From a virus: a stretch of DNA of 64,000 nt. The notes beneath the pieces are model-generated. The model did no database searches, was not told the DNA's origin, and saw only the letters and a list, made by a program, of their open reading frames with translations. Shown here one piece after another: positions 20,225 through 31,451 of the stretch. The stretch spans positions 32,001 to 96,000 of IMG/VR virus record IMGVR_UViG_3300031949_000008; one strand, 5' to 3'. Position 1 is the stretch's first letter. Each line of letters begins with the position of its first letter. The position numbers were made by a program, and so were the translations under genes.

Positions 20225-20467
20225 TCACTTTATAAACAATTTAATAAATATAGCCGTACAGACACTAGCAATAATACCCATCATAGCACCCCACATAGAT
20301 GCCTTTGTTTTTAAAACAGCTTGATCTATAACACATAAATCCAATTTAGTATCTATATGTACAAGAGCTGTTTTAAGTTCTTGATGTACTATATCATTAG
20401 TATTTAATCGTTCTACAATCTGTCCTAATATATAATTAAGATCTTTACTAAGGTCTTTATCTTCCAT
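20225..20467 (-). CDS. small coiled-coil protein with C-terminal TM helix (XhlA/holin-like)
   Basis: Hydrophobic C-terminus MWGAMMGIIASVCTAIFI. Confidence 0.55.
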   Translation of the reverse strand: MEDKDLSKDLNYILGQIVERLNTNDIVHQELKTALVHIDTKLDLCVIDQAVLKTKASMWGAMMGIIASVCTAIFIKLFIK

Positions 20468-20469
20468 AT

Positions 20470-23400
20470 TTATTCACTTTCTGATTCAGTCTGTGGCGCT
20501 GCAGACCACATGGAACGTTCAGCAATAGTTTCTATTTTGCCAAACTTATTAGGCATTAAAAATTGATTTAATTCATCTACACGCTTCTGCATAGGTGCTC
20601 TAAGATGTTTTGGAAGTCTTTCTATCTGTGATTCCAGGTATGTCTTAGTTTTGTGTATTCTATGATACTTATATAGTTCTGAATAAGTTATTACTACATT
20701 ATGGTCTTTAGCAGATTGAAACATCTTTCGAACATCTTCCATACTACCTTTATCCAGAGCTTTAATACCTTTAAGGACTAAATCTTGTTTCTCTTTCTGA
20801 TATTCGTCTGCTTGATCTCTCATTTGTTGAGTCAAATCATAGACATGTCTAGGGCCTACAAATGGCATACCCATAAGATCCATCATAGCAATAAGTGGAC
20901 TTGTTTCCATAACTTCTAATTCACGTTTTCCTGCTACTTTATATCCTCTCTCTAAATCAGTGAATGTCTTCAAAACTTTCTTACCATATCTAAATTGTGG
21001 TACTGAAAGAATTCCTGCTGCATTTATAACGTCATCAGAACCCTTTGACCTATCTTGTTCAGTCTGGCCAAATGTCATATTATATGTACCTTTCATCAAA
21101 TCCCAGGGTACGGAGAATAATTTTACTGGCATTAAACCCACACCAAAAATAGAACCAACATCCAATCCTAATTGAGCTAAAGCTGTTGCTATTGTTAATT
21201 GAAATCCCATATATAATGCAAATCGAGTTGTTTTAGCAATATCACCACTTTTAAGTCCATCTGTTAATCCTCGTGCAATAAATTGTACAGTATTTGCTGG
21301 GTAAGACCAGAAAATAGTACTTATTTTAGCCAGTGGGCCTCTAGTAAGAGGATTTCGCATAACTTTAGAATATCCATATTGAGACTGAATAGTATGCTTA
21401 AAAGCATTCCAATATGCATCAGGAATGACTAAATCAGGCACACCTTCCATTGCTCTAAGTAGTCCTAATCTAACACCTTTCTCAAAACTCAAACCTTTTT
21501 CTCCAGCTTCACTTAAAGCTGATTGAAAAGCCAAAAATTTATTGAAATGTTCAGTTGCTCGCATTGGTGTAAGTGCCATATCAGCAACCCAATTATAAAA
21601 AGCACCAGTTTTTGCTAAAGACCCTTCGGCTTTACCCCATCTACCTTTAAGAGTTTTAGCAACAGGTTCACCTTCATAGTATTCTTCTGCACCAAGTAAG
21701 ATATCAAACATTCTACGATCTTCTGTTGAGCCTTTTTTGAAAAAGCCCTTAAATTCTTTATCTGTTATCATTGAATGCAACCCCTTAGCAAATGCACCTG
21801 GACCCTCATTTACAAGTGTTTGTACTGATTGCATAATATTACGAATAGCAGTATCTGGACCTAATGCTCCACGTGCAACCTGACCAGATATCTTGCCAGC
21901 CATCCAAGTTGGAAAATTAGGATTAATAACATCTTTTCCAATCAAACCATTTAATCTTTCTGTTTCTTGACTAAGCCAACGAGCACCTACTGTACGGGTT
22001 CCAAGTGCTTGTTTTACCTGACGTTCCATATACCAACGAACTGATCTAGGTATATCACCACGTGGATAAGCATTCATTATAGGAGCAGCTTCATGTTTCA
22101 TTAATGCATCTGCTTCTTTATTAATCATAGTATAGATATATTGTCTTAATACTTCTTGTGCGTCATATTTAAATAATAGTATATCTCCACCTGTTCTTGC
22201 TTGTAAATGCTGATTGAATGTCTTTTTACTTGTTCGTTCTTGAACATCAGAAGGTAAAAATGCCCATTCATCATAGATACCTTCATGCTGTAGAACATCA
22301 TATCTTATTCTATTCTTCTCATAACTTGAGAGATTATTCCAAGAGTCTTTTCTTATTATAGATTTTATTTCATTAAACTCTGCGTCTTCTAACATAGATT
22401 TACCTGCCACAATATATCTATCTGGAATACCTTTAGAATTTGTATCTTTATTATAAGGTCTATTATTCTCAATATTACTCCACATCCCTCTTATTTTCTT
22501 ATAAGTATTCTCCATATCTGCAATTAGGGGGAAATATTTATTAATAAAGAATCCACGTTCTCGTAAATCATGCATATCACCAAATGTATCCAAAAATTTT
22601 ACAATTTCTTGTTTTGCTTCAATAATTAATGGATTATTAGAGGCATTTATACGTGCTTTAGAATAACCTTTAGTTTCAGCAATAAATTCATTGCCTAAAG
22701 CTTCTCGTAATGCTTTTGCATTAGGTTGTGCATTAATCTTTGCAAAAATCTTATTTAATCGACTATCCTCACCATAAACTAATTTTTCTTTTAAATATCG
22801 CTTCACCATTTCAGTTTTTATGGTTAATTCCTGTAATTTAACTATATCTGGATTAGCATTGGCCATACTTTGTCCAAGAATATCAGTTGGTTTTACCATA
22901 GGAACTTCGCCTTTAGCAATTGCTGCGGCTGCATTTGGGTCTGTTTGTGCTACTGCTTGAGTTATCTTTGCTTGAGTTTCGACTTGTTTTATCTCATTAG
23001 TTTTAGTTATTTTTGATATTCTTCCAAGTTCTTGTTCCATCTGTTCTGCATGCATAGCAGTTATTTCTCGTTCTTTGAGTTTTAATGTATCTGCATCCAT
23101 TATATCTTTCATTGCAGAAGACACATTTTCTCTAGAAATACTTTTATTAGCACCTTTTCTAGCCGCAAAAGTCTGATAAATTGCTACAGTTTTGGCTCTT
23201 AGACGCTGACCCATCTCCTTCAATAAGTCAATATCTATACCACTTCTTAACTTTATACCATCAGATATACCTTTACCTTGATTTGCATAGTAAGTTTCTA
23301 TAGTTTTTGAAAATTGTTCTTTAAAAAATTCTGATTGAGGAATACTTAATGTTTCAGGTAATATAGATCTTACAGGTTTATTTAAATGTTTATCAGTTAT

Positions 23401-26343
23401 AATAACTTCTGCTACAACCTTTAAATTTGTATCACCAGGAAGTGGTGTTTTACCATCTTCTGTGGTAATAAATTGGAATTTATCAATCTTATCAGATATA
23501 TTTGTTTTTACAACAATACCGCCATTATCATCTTTTATAAGTGTAGCTAGTTTTTCTTCACCACCAAGTTTAACTCCAGCTCGTTTCTTCTCATTCGCTA
23601 TATTATGTCGTCGTTGAGCAATTTCTCTAATAACCTTATTTCGTTCATTTTGAATAGTGTTTAAATCTAATCTATCAACATTACCAATTGCTACTAATGG
23701 TTTTAATTCCTCAATTTTCTTATCAACTCTTGCCAATCTTGAATTTAATTTGGTAAGTTCAGGATCACTCATAGGATCTTGTGAGATAGTTTTATTAAAT
23801 GTCTGTGCAGCCTTGGTTTCGCCTTTATCAATAGTTTCTCCAAGTTTAGTAATTTCACCAATATGTTCAGCTATATATTTCTTATGTGAATCAACCATTT
23901 GCTGCATATCAGCCTTAGTTAACTTTTGAAATATTGAAGAATCAGGATCAATTTCCATCCATAAAGCTGCTGATCTAACTTCTGCTGGTGTGAATCCAGG
24001 ACTTGTTGGCTTTATATTCTCTTTGATAGGTGCTGCTTCTTCTGGCGATGCACCAAGAATAGTAGCTAATGTCTTATCTTCTGCTGTAAAAATAAGTAAC
24101 TTACCAGTAGGTGTAAGAGTAGCTTTCTGAGGAGTTATATTCTTATCAACAATCTTTTTTAAATCTTCATCTGAAAGTGTAGCTAAATCTAATCTTCGTC
24201 TTGGCCATAACTTCTCCGCCTTATCTATGAGTGCTGCATGCTCAGGTGAAGTGATATTTGTCTCTTCAGGAGCTTTCATTATTTCTTCTAATTGTTTTGC
24301 AGTAGTCTTCTTCCTACTTACTGCCTTTTCAGGAACTGAAGGTTTCACTTCTGAAATAATTTCTTTAGGAGGTAATTTTTCTAACTCAGCTTTAATCCAA
24401 TCTAACTTTATATTGAGATCATCAGGTGTTATACCTTTCTTATCAACAGTTAGATAAGTTTCAATATCTTTTGCAATAAGAGTTTTATCTCCAAGTAATT
24501 CAGCAATCTTTGTTTTTATTTCTTTTCGTTTGGTTGTATCTTTTTCTTTCTTATAATCTAACCATAAATTCTTTGCTTCTTCACGTTTAACAGATGCTTG
24601 CGCTTTAACTGGTTTAATTGGTCCTACTTGTTTAGCTTTTACTTCAGCTTCTAATACATGGGTCGCCAACGATTTACCTTTAGGCAATAATGGAAGATTA
24701 ATAGTTTCAAAGAATGTTGTAGCTTGAGTAGGAATAGTAATTCCACGTTCCTGCAATAATTTAGCAGTCTTCTTTGCCTCAGCTATACCAACCTGAAATT
24801 TAAATCTTAATTGACTAACTAATGTCTTATCAAGAGGTTTAGTCATATCAACTTTAGGTTTGCCTATTTTCTCTTCTAAAATAGATACCTTGGCTTCACT
24901 TATGGCAATGTTCTTCTCAATCTCTTCTATTTTAGCTGGTTTTGTTAATTCAGTAACAGTCTTCACTGTGGCTTTCTTAGTCAAGATATCAATCATAGCA
25001 TCTCGATCTAAAGTACCAGGATCTAAACCAGTTTCTCTAAATTTAGTCTTAATTTCATCAGTTGTTATACCCTGGAAAGGTTCCATCAATTTTTCAACAT
25101 CAACACGACCAGGAAGTAATTTAGTTTTTAAATGTTCTACAATTGCAGCAGTTTTAACTGGATCAGCAGCTAAATCTTCTACTGTAGCTCCGCCTTTAGT
25201 AACAGGTTGTTCAATAACTGGTTCTTTTACAATATCAGTTAATGTCATAGCACCAGAAATTGGATCTATTTTAACTGTCTTAGAATTATGTGCTGGATCA
25301 TTGGTAATGGCTATTTTAACTTCAATAGACATAGCGCCTATATCTTTATCAGTAAATCCACGACTTGTTAATATCTTATTATAGATAAGTGTTTCAGGAT
25401 CAATAATAGTGCGTATCTGTAAAGGAAGTCCTAATTGACCAGTGGTTTCACCTACTGTAGTACCAGGAACTTCAATAGCTCTCTTCTCTTGTAAAGGAAG
25501 ATTTAACTGATCTAGTGTTGGAATAGTTGTAGCGGCCACAGGTTCTGGAGGAGTATATTTCTCTTTATTTCTTACTACCTCTCTTGCTCGTTTAATAGAT
25601 GCAATAGACTTAATTGCTTCATTTGAATATCCTAATTTATGTAATTGATTTGATAAGTTATGTGGTAGTCGTGGTCCAATTGCACGCATACCAGCCATAG
25701 TCAAACCAGTAATAGCCAATTCTTCAGGTCTAGTTTCACCTGCCAATGCTTGAACACCAGCAGCTCCACCACCTAATAAAGCCATACCTGCTTTACGAGG
25801 TAACCGACCGGCTCCTGCAAATAAACCACCTGTTACAGCTCCAGCTAATCCAGCTTTTGCAATATCTCCTGGAGGTGCACCTTGGCCCCATGCAGTCGCA
25901 GCTTCTATACCACCAATCACCGGAATCGCAGCTAAAGCCGCAGCTCCACCTGTTAGACCTGTTAAAGCAAGAGGAATACCATATTTTGGTAATCCAATAA
26001 GCAAACCACCAAATACTTGACCAAATTTTGCTGCTAATGTATCAGGATTTTGAAAATCTTGAGGTTCAACTGCTTCAGCAAGACGAGCAAATATATCAGT
26101 TCTAACAGGATTAACACCTTGTCTAATTGCAGCATTATTAAGAGCATCAGTAACTTTATTCAATACTCTTGGTAAATCTGCAAGTCCTGATCTAACTTCA
26201 TTAATTGCAGCACTAGATAAATCCTTGAAAAATCCACCTGTTTCTTGTTGAGGAATATAAGCTTCTAAACCAACTGGAGGTGTACCTTGCGGTAATTGTA
26301 ACTTAGATTGTAAATCCTGTGCAAGATCAATTGTCTCTGCCAT
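20470..26343 (-). CDS. large internal virion / DNA ejection protein
   Basis: 1957 aa with Gly/Ala hydrophobic N-terminal stretches and a helical body; last of three genes after the tail stabiliser, as in podoviruses. Confidence 0.7.
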   Translation of the reverse strand: MAETIDLAQDLQSKLQLPQGTPPVGLEAYIPQQETGGFFKDLSSAAINEVRSGLADLPRVLNKVTDALNNAAIRQGVNPVRTDIFARLAEAVEPQDFQNPDTLAAKFGQVFGGLLIGLPKYGIPLALTGLTGGAAALAAIPVIGGIEAATAWGQGAPPGDIAKAGLAGAVTGGLFAGAGRLPRKAGMALLGGGAAGVQALAGETRPEELAITGLTMAGMRAIGPRLPHNLSNQLHKLGYSNEAIKSIASIKRAREVVRNKEKYTPPEPVAATTIPTLDQLNLPLQEKRAIEVPGTTVGETTGQLGLPLQIRTIIDPETLIYNKILTSRGFTDKDIGAMSIEVKIAITNDPAHNSKTVKIDPISGAMTLTDIVKEPVIEQPVTKGGATVEDLAADPVKTAAIVEHLKTKLLPGRVDVEKLMEPFQGITTDEIKTKFRETGLDPGTLDRDAMIDILTKKATVKTVTELTKPAKIEEIEKNIAISEAKVSILEEKIGKPKVDMTKPLDKTLVSQLRFKFQVGIAEAKKTAKLLQERGITIPTQATTFFETINLPLLPKGKSLATHVLEAEVKAKQVGPIKPVKAQASVKREEAKNLWLDYKKEKDTTKRKEIKTKIAELLGDKTLIAKDIETYLTVDKKGITPDDLNIKLDWIKAELEKLPPKEIISEVKPSVPEKAVSRKKTTAKQLEEIMKAPEETNITSPEHAALIDKAEKLWPRRRLDLATLSDEDLKKIVDKNITPQKATLTPTGKLLIFTAEDKTLATILGASPEEAAPIKENIKPTSPGFTPAEVRSAALWMEIDPDSSIFQKLTKADMQQMVDSHKKYIAEHIGEITKLGETIDKGETKAAQTFNKTISQDPMSDPELTKLNSRLARVDKKIEELKPLVAIGNVDRLDLNTIQNERNKVIREIAQRRHNIANEKKRAGVKLGGEEKLATLIKDDNGGIVVKTNISDKIDKFQFITTEDGKTPLPGDTNLKVVAEVIITDKHLNKPVRSILPETLSIPQSEFFKEQFSKTIETYYANQGKGISDGIKLRSGIDIDLLKEMGQRLRAKTVAIYQTFAARKGANKSISRENVSSAMKDIMDADTLKLKEREITAMHAEQMEQELGRISKITKTNEIKQVETQAKITQAVAQTDPNAAAAIAKGEVPMVKPTDILGQSMANANPDIVKLQELTIKTEMVKRYLKEKLVYGEDSRLNKIFAKINAQPNAKALREALGNEFIAETKGYSKARINASNNPLIIEAKQEIVKFLDTFGDMHDLRERGFFINKYFPLIADMENTYKKIRGMWSNIENNRPYNKDTNSKGIPDRYIVAGKSMLEDAEFNEIKSIIRKDSWNNLSSYEKNRIRYDVLQHEGIYDEWAFLPSDVQERTSKKTFNQHLQARTGGDILLFKYDAQEVLRQYIYTMINKEADALMKHEAAPIMNAYPRGDIPRSVRWYMERQVKQALGTRTVGARWLSQETERLNGLIGKDVINPNFPTWMAGKISGQVARGALGPDTAIRNIMQSVQTLVNEGPGAFAKGLHSMITDKEFKGFFKKGSTEDRRMFDILLGAEEYYEGEPVAKTLKGRWGKAEGSLAKTGAFYNWVADMALTPMRATEHFNKFLAFQSALSEAGEKGLSFEKGVRLGLLRAMEGVPDLVIPDAYWNAFKHTIQSQYGYSKVMRNPLTRGPLAKISTIFWSYPANTVQFIARGLTDGLKSGDIAKTTRFALYMGFQLTIATALAQLGLDVGSIFGVGLMPVKLFSVPWDLMKGTYNMTFGQTEQDRSKGSDDVINAAGILSVPQFRYGKKVLKTFTDLERGYKVAGKRELEVMETSPLIAMMDLMGMPFVGPRHVYDLTQQMRDQADEYQKEKQDLVLKGIKALDKGSMEDVRKMFQSAKDHNVVITYSELYKYHRIHKTKTYLESQIERLPKHLRAPMQKRVDELNQFLMPNKFGKIETIAERSMWSAAPQTESESE

Positions 26344-26352
26344 ATTAATTCC

Positions 26353-28290
26353 TTATTTTATAATAGGTAATGGAACTTTCCGCTGAGTTAAAATTTCTGC
26401 TACTGTTTGCCATACTAATTCTGGATTACCTGAATTAGATGCTGTAGCAATTCTATAACGTTCATCTTGTGTCAAAAATGGTTGTTTTTTACTCTGTAAA
26501 AATGTATTTACACTATCAAATACAGGTTTATTTTTATGTAATATAACTGTATCTATACTTGACCTAACAGCAGGATCATCTGTCCATGCTTTTAAAGTAT
26601 CATATGTTTTTGCCACATTAGGTGGGGCCATTTTAGCAGAAGTACTAAAAGGTTCTGGTAAATTGGCTGCAGTTGCGTCATCTGTAAATAATATCTCTAA
26701 TGGAGAGTGTTTATATTTATCAGAAAATATTTTTTCTTTAATTGGATTACCAACTGCTGCTTTAGCTTCTTGTTTAATCTTCTCAGCGACTTTAACTTCA
26801 ACTGGTGCATGTGGAGTTGGTGTTTTTGTTTCCAAACCCAATGCTGTACGCATTGTATCATTTTTAAAGAAATTTGCAGTGTCTTTATCTGTAAATATCT
26901 TATCAAATGACTTTAATCCAGGATCTCTTTCTATTAATGCTAATGCTTTTGCTTGAGCAGTATTCACATTTGTCATTGCTTGATATGCTTGTATATTTTT
27001 AGTTATAGCTTTTGCTCTTGCTATATCAGGTGGAGTCTGTGACATAGTACTTTGTAACTGTGTCCCCATATAATCTAAATATTCTTTACTCCCACCACGA
27101 GATATAAAACGTGCGCGATCTCTAGGCATTCCAGTATCTACTAAACCTTGTTCTGCTATATTCCAAAGAGCTTTCTGTTGGGTTTCCATTCGTTCTTCTG
27201 GAGTCTGATATAATTTTAATTGTCCAGTAGTTGGATCATACCCTTGTCGAATAATCTTAGCAGCTTCTTCAGATGGAACACCAAGATTTGATGCTACAGC
27301 CTTAATAAAAGGAAGGCTATTCATTAACTCTGGTTTTGATTTGGCAGCCACTTCTAAGAATTTTGCTTGTCTTTCTCTATCTGCTTCTTCTTTCTGTATT
27401 GTTTGTTGCAAGCCAAGAAGTTTAAGATTCGCTACTTGAGCTGCTCGTTGAACAATAAAATTACGTTTCTGAGTTGCTTTAGCTTCTATATCTGCTTCTT
27501 CTGTACGTATAACATCATAAGGTTCTTTTCCAGCAGATCGCTTTAAAGCCAATAATCGTCCAGCCTCACCTAACCATTCCAGCATATTACCAGGTTTTTT
27601 ATATTCTGGTTTAGGCAAATCTTCCCATTTAGGAATTACTTCATCCATAATCTGTTTAAGACTTTCCATAAAATCCGTCTTAGGTTTCCACGGCGTTATA
27701 CCTGCAGCAATATCTTCTTCTGTTGGTATTTCAGCTGGAGGAGGTACAACCGTAGGTGGTGTAACTTCTTCTGGTATAGGTACAAATTCTGGAGTTTCTA
27801 GTTTAGGAATTGTACTATACTGTGGCCCTCCAACTTGTTGTCCACTTTCAGGTATAGAAGGTGTTTGTCTTGTTGCTTTACTTACTGGTGCTGGCGAAAT
27901 TGGCTCATTGCCTTCATCTACATTAAATACTGCTGTTGATGGTTTAGTTTTACCAGTTTTACTTATAGAAATACCTTCTGGAGTTAAAGAAAGACGTGAA
28001 AGAAAATCTTCTATACTACCTTTAACATATTGAGATGCTCGTACTGGAGCAAATAATGTTTTTTCAATCCCTTCTTGTAGTGCTTGTGCCGAAGGGCTGG
28101 GGCCGATAACTGTACTTTCTGGAGTTTGTTTTATAGATATTGGAGAAAGTGATTTTAGAAAATTCATTAAAACTGATTGACTCTCTCCAGATGCTATCTG
28201 TGGTTCTGTTGTTAAATCTGGAACACTTCCAGGAAACATCATTTGTTGGTAATACTCCAAGATTCTTGGATTAATGCTATTTATATCCAT
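26353..28290 (-). CDS. putative internal virion / ejection protein
   Basis: 645 aa, Pro-rich linker, helical Q/A/E-rich; position. Confidence 0.6.
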   Translation of the reverse strand: MDINSINPRILEYYQQMMFPGSVPDLTTEPQIASGESQSVLMNFLKSLSPISIKQTPESTVIGPSPSAQALQEGIEKTLFAPVRASQYVKGSIEDFLSRLSLTPEGISISKTGKTKPSTAVFNVDEGNEPISPAPVSKATRQTPSIPESGQQVGGPQYSTIPKLETPEFVPIPEEVTPPTVVPPPAEIPTEEDIAAGITPWKPKTDFMESLKQIMDEVIPKWEDLPKPEYKKPGNMLEWLGEAGRLLALKRSAGKEPYDVIRTEEADIEAKATQKRNFIVQRAAQVANLKLLGLQQTIQKEEADRERQAKFLEVAAKSKPELMNSLPFIKAVASNLGVPSEEAAKIIRQGYDPTTGQLKLYQTPEERMETQQKALWNIAEQGLVDTGMPRDRARFISRGGSKEYLDYMGTQLQSTMSQTPPDIARAKAITKNIQAYQAMTNVNTAQAKALALIERDPGLKSFDKIFTDKDTANFFKNDTMRTALGLETKTPTPHAPVEVKVAEKIKQEAKAAVGNPIKEKIFSDKYKHSPLEILFTDDATAANLPEPFSTSAKMAPPNVAKTYDTLKAWTDDPAVRSSIDTVILHKNKPVFDSVNTFLQSKKQPFLTQDERYRIATASNSGNPELVWQTVAEILTQRKVPLPIIK

Positions 28291-28301
28291 ATTATCCCTC
28301 T

Positions 28302-29249
28302 TTATGCTGTTTTAACTCCACCTAATGCTGCTAACACTCCACCTAACTGACTCAAAAGTGACTGATCAGTTGATGCTTTATTAAATCCACCTGTACCACG
28401 TTCTACTGCTTGTAGAATATTTGCTAAATTAGCAATATTTCCTTGTGTATAAGTCTGTGGATAATTTGCCATTCCTAGTGCACTAGATAATTGATTAGGC
28501 ATAGCTATATTAGATGCTTGTTGTGCTTGTGCTTTAGCTTGTTGTAATGCTGTAGCTAATTGTGTCATATAATCATTTTCTTGAGAAACCTGTGAAATCA
28601 TATTCTGAACCACAGGGCCTTTAGAATATGCATTAGGAGCCACTCTACCTAATTTAGATGATAAGGCAGCTTCTCGTGCAGCCTGTGTCTGTGGTATCAT
28701 ATTTTCTGCATTCTGCCAAGTCTGTGCTGGAAATACATTTAAAAGTGATCCTAAATCCATTTGATTATATAATGATTGAGCTTGTGGTGTCATGGTAAGT
28801 GGTTGCTGTTGTGCAAGATTAAATACACTTTGTCCAGCTGGAGATGCGATAGGTGTTCTATTAATATCCATAGTCTGTGTTGGCGTTCCACCAGCTATTG
28901 ATGCAGCTGCTCCTCCTAATCCAAGTAAACCTTTACCTGTGGATGAAGATAAAAAGTTCAACAATCCAGAACCTAATGATCCAAGTGTACTACCAATTCC
29001 ACTAAGAAATGATCCACCAGTAGATGGAGAACTTGGAGATATCCAATTTCCTGCATCATCGCGCATATATCCTAAAGCTTCTGGATCAAACTGACTTACC
29101 CAGTCTTGGGCTGACTGAGTAGAATTATAAGGAGATGAATATGAGTCATTCATCCAACTCGTATCACTCAAAAATGAATTGAGATCAAAGCCTCCCATTC
29201 CACTTAAATCTCCACCAAAATCATATCCTGAGAAATCCCAATCTTCCAT
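28302..29249 (-). CDS. putative pilot/ejection protein
   Basis: G/S/L-rich segments and Q/A-rich helix; position. Confidence 0.6.
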   Translation of the reverse strand: MEDWDFSGYDFGGDLSGMGGFDLNSFLSDTSWMNDSYSSPYNSTQSAQDWVSQFDPEALGYMRDDAGNWISPSSPSTGGSFLSGIGSTLGSLGSGLLNFLSSSTGKGLLGLGGAAASIAGGTPTQTMDINRTPIASPAGQSVFNLAQQQPLTMTPQAQSLYNQMDLGSLLNVFPAQTWQNAENMIPQTQAAREAALSSKLGRVAPNAYSKGPVVQNMISQVSQENDYMTQLATALQQAKAQAQQASNIAMPNQLSSALGMANYPQTYTQGNIANLANILQAVERGTGGFNKASTDQSLLSQLGGVLAALGGVKTA

Positions 29250-29265
29250 ATTATTCTAGCTCCTT

Positions 29266-29811
29266 TTAGAAATGTATCCGAAATATTGTTAAATTGATAT
29301 GTTGTATAGTAATATCATTAGTATTTGTTAAATTTTGTACTTGTAATTTTATTGTATCATCATAACGTATTTCAAATGTACTATTACCAGATACATTGAA
29401 TACTTGATTTACTGCTAATACAGGGGCTACTAGATGCATTGTTGCAGTTGTCTGCCATACATTATTAATAGCAATAGCAAATTCAAAATCTTGTGTTCCA
29501 ACAGATACTGGATCAAATGCTATTGAATATAATATAATAGTATGACCTGTTATTAAACTTCTAAATTCTTTTGTATTTTCAAATATAAAACCACTTTCAT
29601 GATCAGCAGTATAACCATCAATATCTACAGGTGTTGCTGTAGCAGCAATACTTATTAACTGATTAAGATTATTAGCATACGCATGAGCATGTGGTGTCTG
29701 TTCTAAATCATTTATATGTTGTTCCAGTAAACGAATTCGCTCAGATAATGCAATTGCATTTTTCTGTGTCCATTTATCATCTAAAAGTAATGTTCCTCTA
29801 CTAATTCCCAT
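29266..29811 (-). CDS. putative tail protein with coiled coil and BclA/C1q-like C-terminal domain
   Basis: N-terminal heptads; jelly-roll pattern G...I.Y.I.F...D.I.LQV. Confidence 0.55.
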   Translation of the reverse strand: MGISRGTLLLDDKWTQKNAIALSERIRLLEQHINDLEQTPHAHAYANNLNQLISIAATATPVDIDGYTADHESGFIFENTKEFRSLITGHTIILYSIAFDPVSVGTQDFEFAIAINNVWQTTATMHLVAPVLAVNQVFNVSGNSTFEIRYDDTIKLQVQNLTNTNDITIQHINLTIFRIHF

Positions 29812-29833
29812 TATAATACCTTATTATATTTGA

Positions 29834-31450
29834 TTAACTAACAAGTGTTCGTCCTTTAACAAGAAAATCTATTATTACTTTATGTATTGTCACAGTTGCA
29901 TTTAATTGATTTATAGCTAATTTAAATTTAAAAGAACGTAATGGTAATGTAAAATCTAATCTCTTTTCTGCAATATCTTTATTGTTGGCTAGAGATGAAA
30001 ATGTTTTTGTCACTACTGAACTAATATCATTCCAATCTGAATAACCTGTAAATGTTAATGTATAATCCTCTATACCTGTAGAATCAACAAATACAGAGAC
30101 TCTTAATATTCGTTTATTTATATCCGGATATCCAAAATCAATCCAAGGACTTATCCAATAGGAATTTAATGCAATACCTAAGTCATTTTCTGAGACACCA
30201 AATCGTTGTATAAATCCATCATATGATCCCATAGCCATAAATGTATCATGGGCGCCACCAGCATCTCCAATTTTTAAAGAATAGGTTTCATATGCATTTG
30301 GAAAATCTATATGCATTAACGCTCCACCATATAAAATATTAGATAAAGAAGCGATAGAAATTTCCCATTTACTCCAATTTTTAATGACTGGATCATAAAT
30401 ATATATCTTATTTTTTCGTTCAGAAGAACCATCTGCAATATTAAAAAATATTTGACCTTTTTCACCAAAATTATCAGCTTCAAATGCATATGAAGGCTCT
30501 AAATTAAATCTATTTGCGCTTCTTTCTATTTTATCTGTAATTGAGGAAGGTGGATTTACACCATTAAACATATAAAATCCATCATCAGAGATAAAATATA
30601 AAAGTCCTCCATCTTCACATATTGCATTGGGGCCAACACAACCAATACCACTATCAATTCTTTCCCAATCAAAAATAGATACTCCACCTACATATTTTAT
30701 AATATAGGTTCTATAACGTTTAAATACAACTAACATATCTTTAAATAACCACATAGCAGTAATAGTATCACCATCTTCATTATCTAAATCAATGAAGTTA
30801 GCAGATGGCCATACATTAGGATTAAGTCCATCATTCCATACAATACGATATCTATATCTTGTTCCACTAACAAGAATATTACCTGCAAATAAATAAGAAC
30901 CCCAAGAGGCAATAACTTTTGCACCAGATGGTGCTCCAGTATCTAACAATGGAGCAATATAATTACTACCTGTATATACGGCCAGAGGTAAATCACTACC
31001 ATAAGTCATAATAGCTGATCCAGCATATGCAGCGATATCTATCATATCATTAAGCCCAGGACTCCACGCTGCTAGAGCTGATCCAGATGCTGATACGGCT
31101 GTAAATATAGCCGAACCACCAGATACAGTGACAGATGCAATTGAAGCAGATGCAGCACCAGATACACAAGAAAAAGCTAAAGTAAATTCAGATGAGGAGG
31201 GATTTTGCCATTGATACATTCTAGTAATTGCTGAATTTTTCCAGGTAGATAGGTGTAATACTTCTCGTCCCTGTATCTTATTTAATGCATGTCGTGTATA
31301 AAAATCCATAGCATTGATATCAGAAGCAGGACAATCAGATAGTCTTATTTCCTGTTTAGTTATACCTTCTTTAGGAGATGCTAAACCCATACGAGTTACA
31401 ACATCTTCATCTATTAAACCTTGAGAAAATCCTTCAATTATTAGTCTCAT
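29834..31450 (-). CDS. tail tubular B / P22 gp10-like stabilisation protein
   Basis: Beta-propeller patterns DGDTIT, LVVFK, IGCVGP..I, YFISDDG.Y.FNG, W.SPWIDFG.P...KR. Confidence 0.78.
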   Translation of the reverse strand: MRLIIEGFSQGLIDEDVVTRMGLASPKEGITKQEIRLSDCPASDINAMDFYTRHALNKIQGREVLHLSTWKNSAITRMYQWQNPSSSEFTLAFSCVSGAASASIASVTVSGGSAIFTAVSASGSALAAWSPGLNDMIDIAAYAGSAIMTYGSDLPLAVYTGSNYIAPLLDTGAPSGAKVIASWGSYLFAGNILVSGTRYRYRIVWNDGLNPNVWPSANFIDLDNEDGDTITAMWLFKDMLVVFKRYRTYIIKYVGGVSIFDWERIDSGIGCVGPNAICEDGGLLYFISDDGFYMFNGVNPPSSITDKIERSANRFNLEPSYAFEADNFGEKGQIFFNIADGSSERKNKIYIYDPVIKNWSKWEISIASLSNILYGGALMHIDFPNAYETYSLKIGDAGGAHDTFMAMGSYDGFIQRFGVSENDLGIALNSYWISPWIDFGYPDINKRILRVSVFVDSTGIEDYTLTFTGYSDWNDISSVVTKTFSSLANNKDIAEKRLDFTLPLRSFKFKLAINQLNATVTIHKVIIDFLVKGRTLVS

Positions 31451-31451
31451 A

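Noticed and set aside
20205-20230. CTGAGTGA...GAAA resembling a hammerhead ribozyme core
   Set aside because: It does not fit CUGANGA and lacks stems I and III.
20960-29094. Plus-strand ORFs opposite the ejection genes (and similar ones at 42207, 48818 and 52669)
   Set aside because: They are antisense shadows of long genes, with no RBS or motifs.
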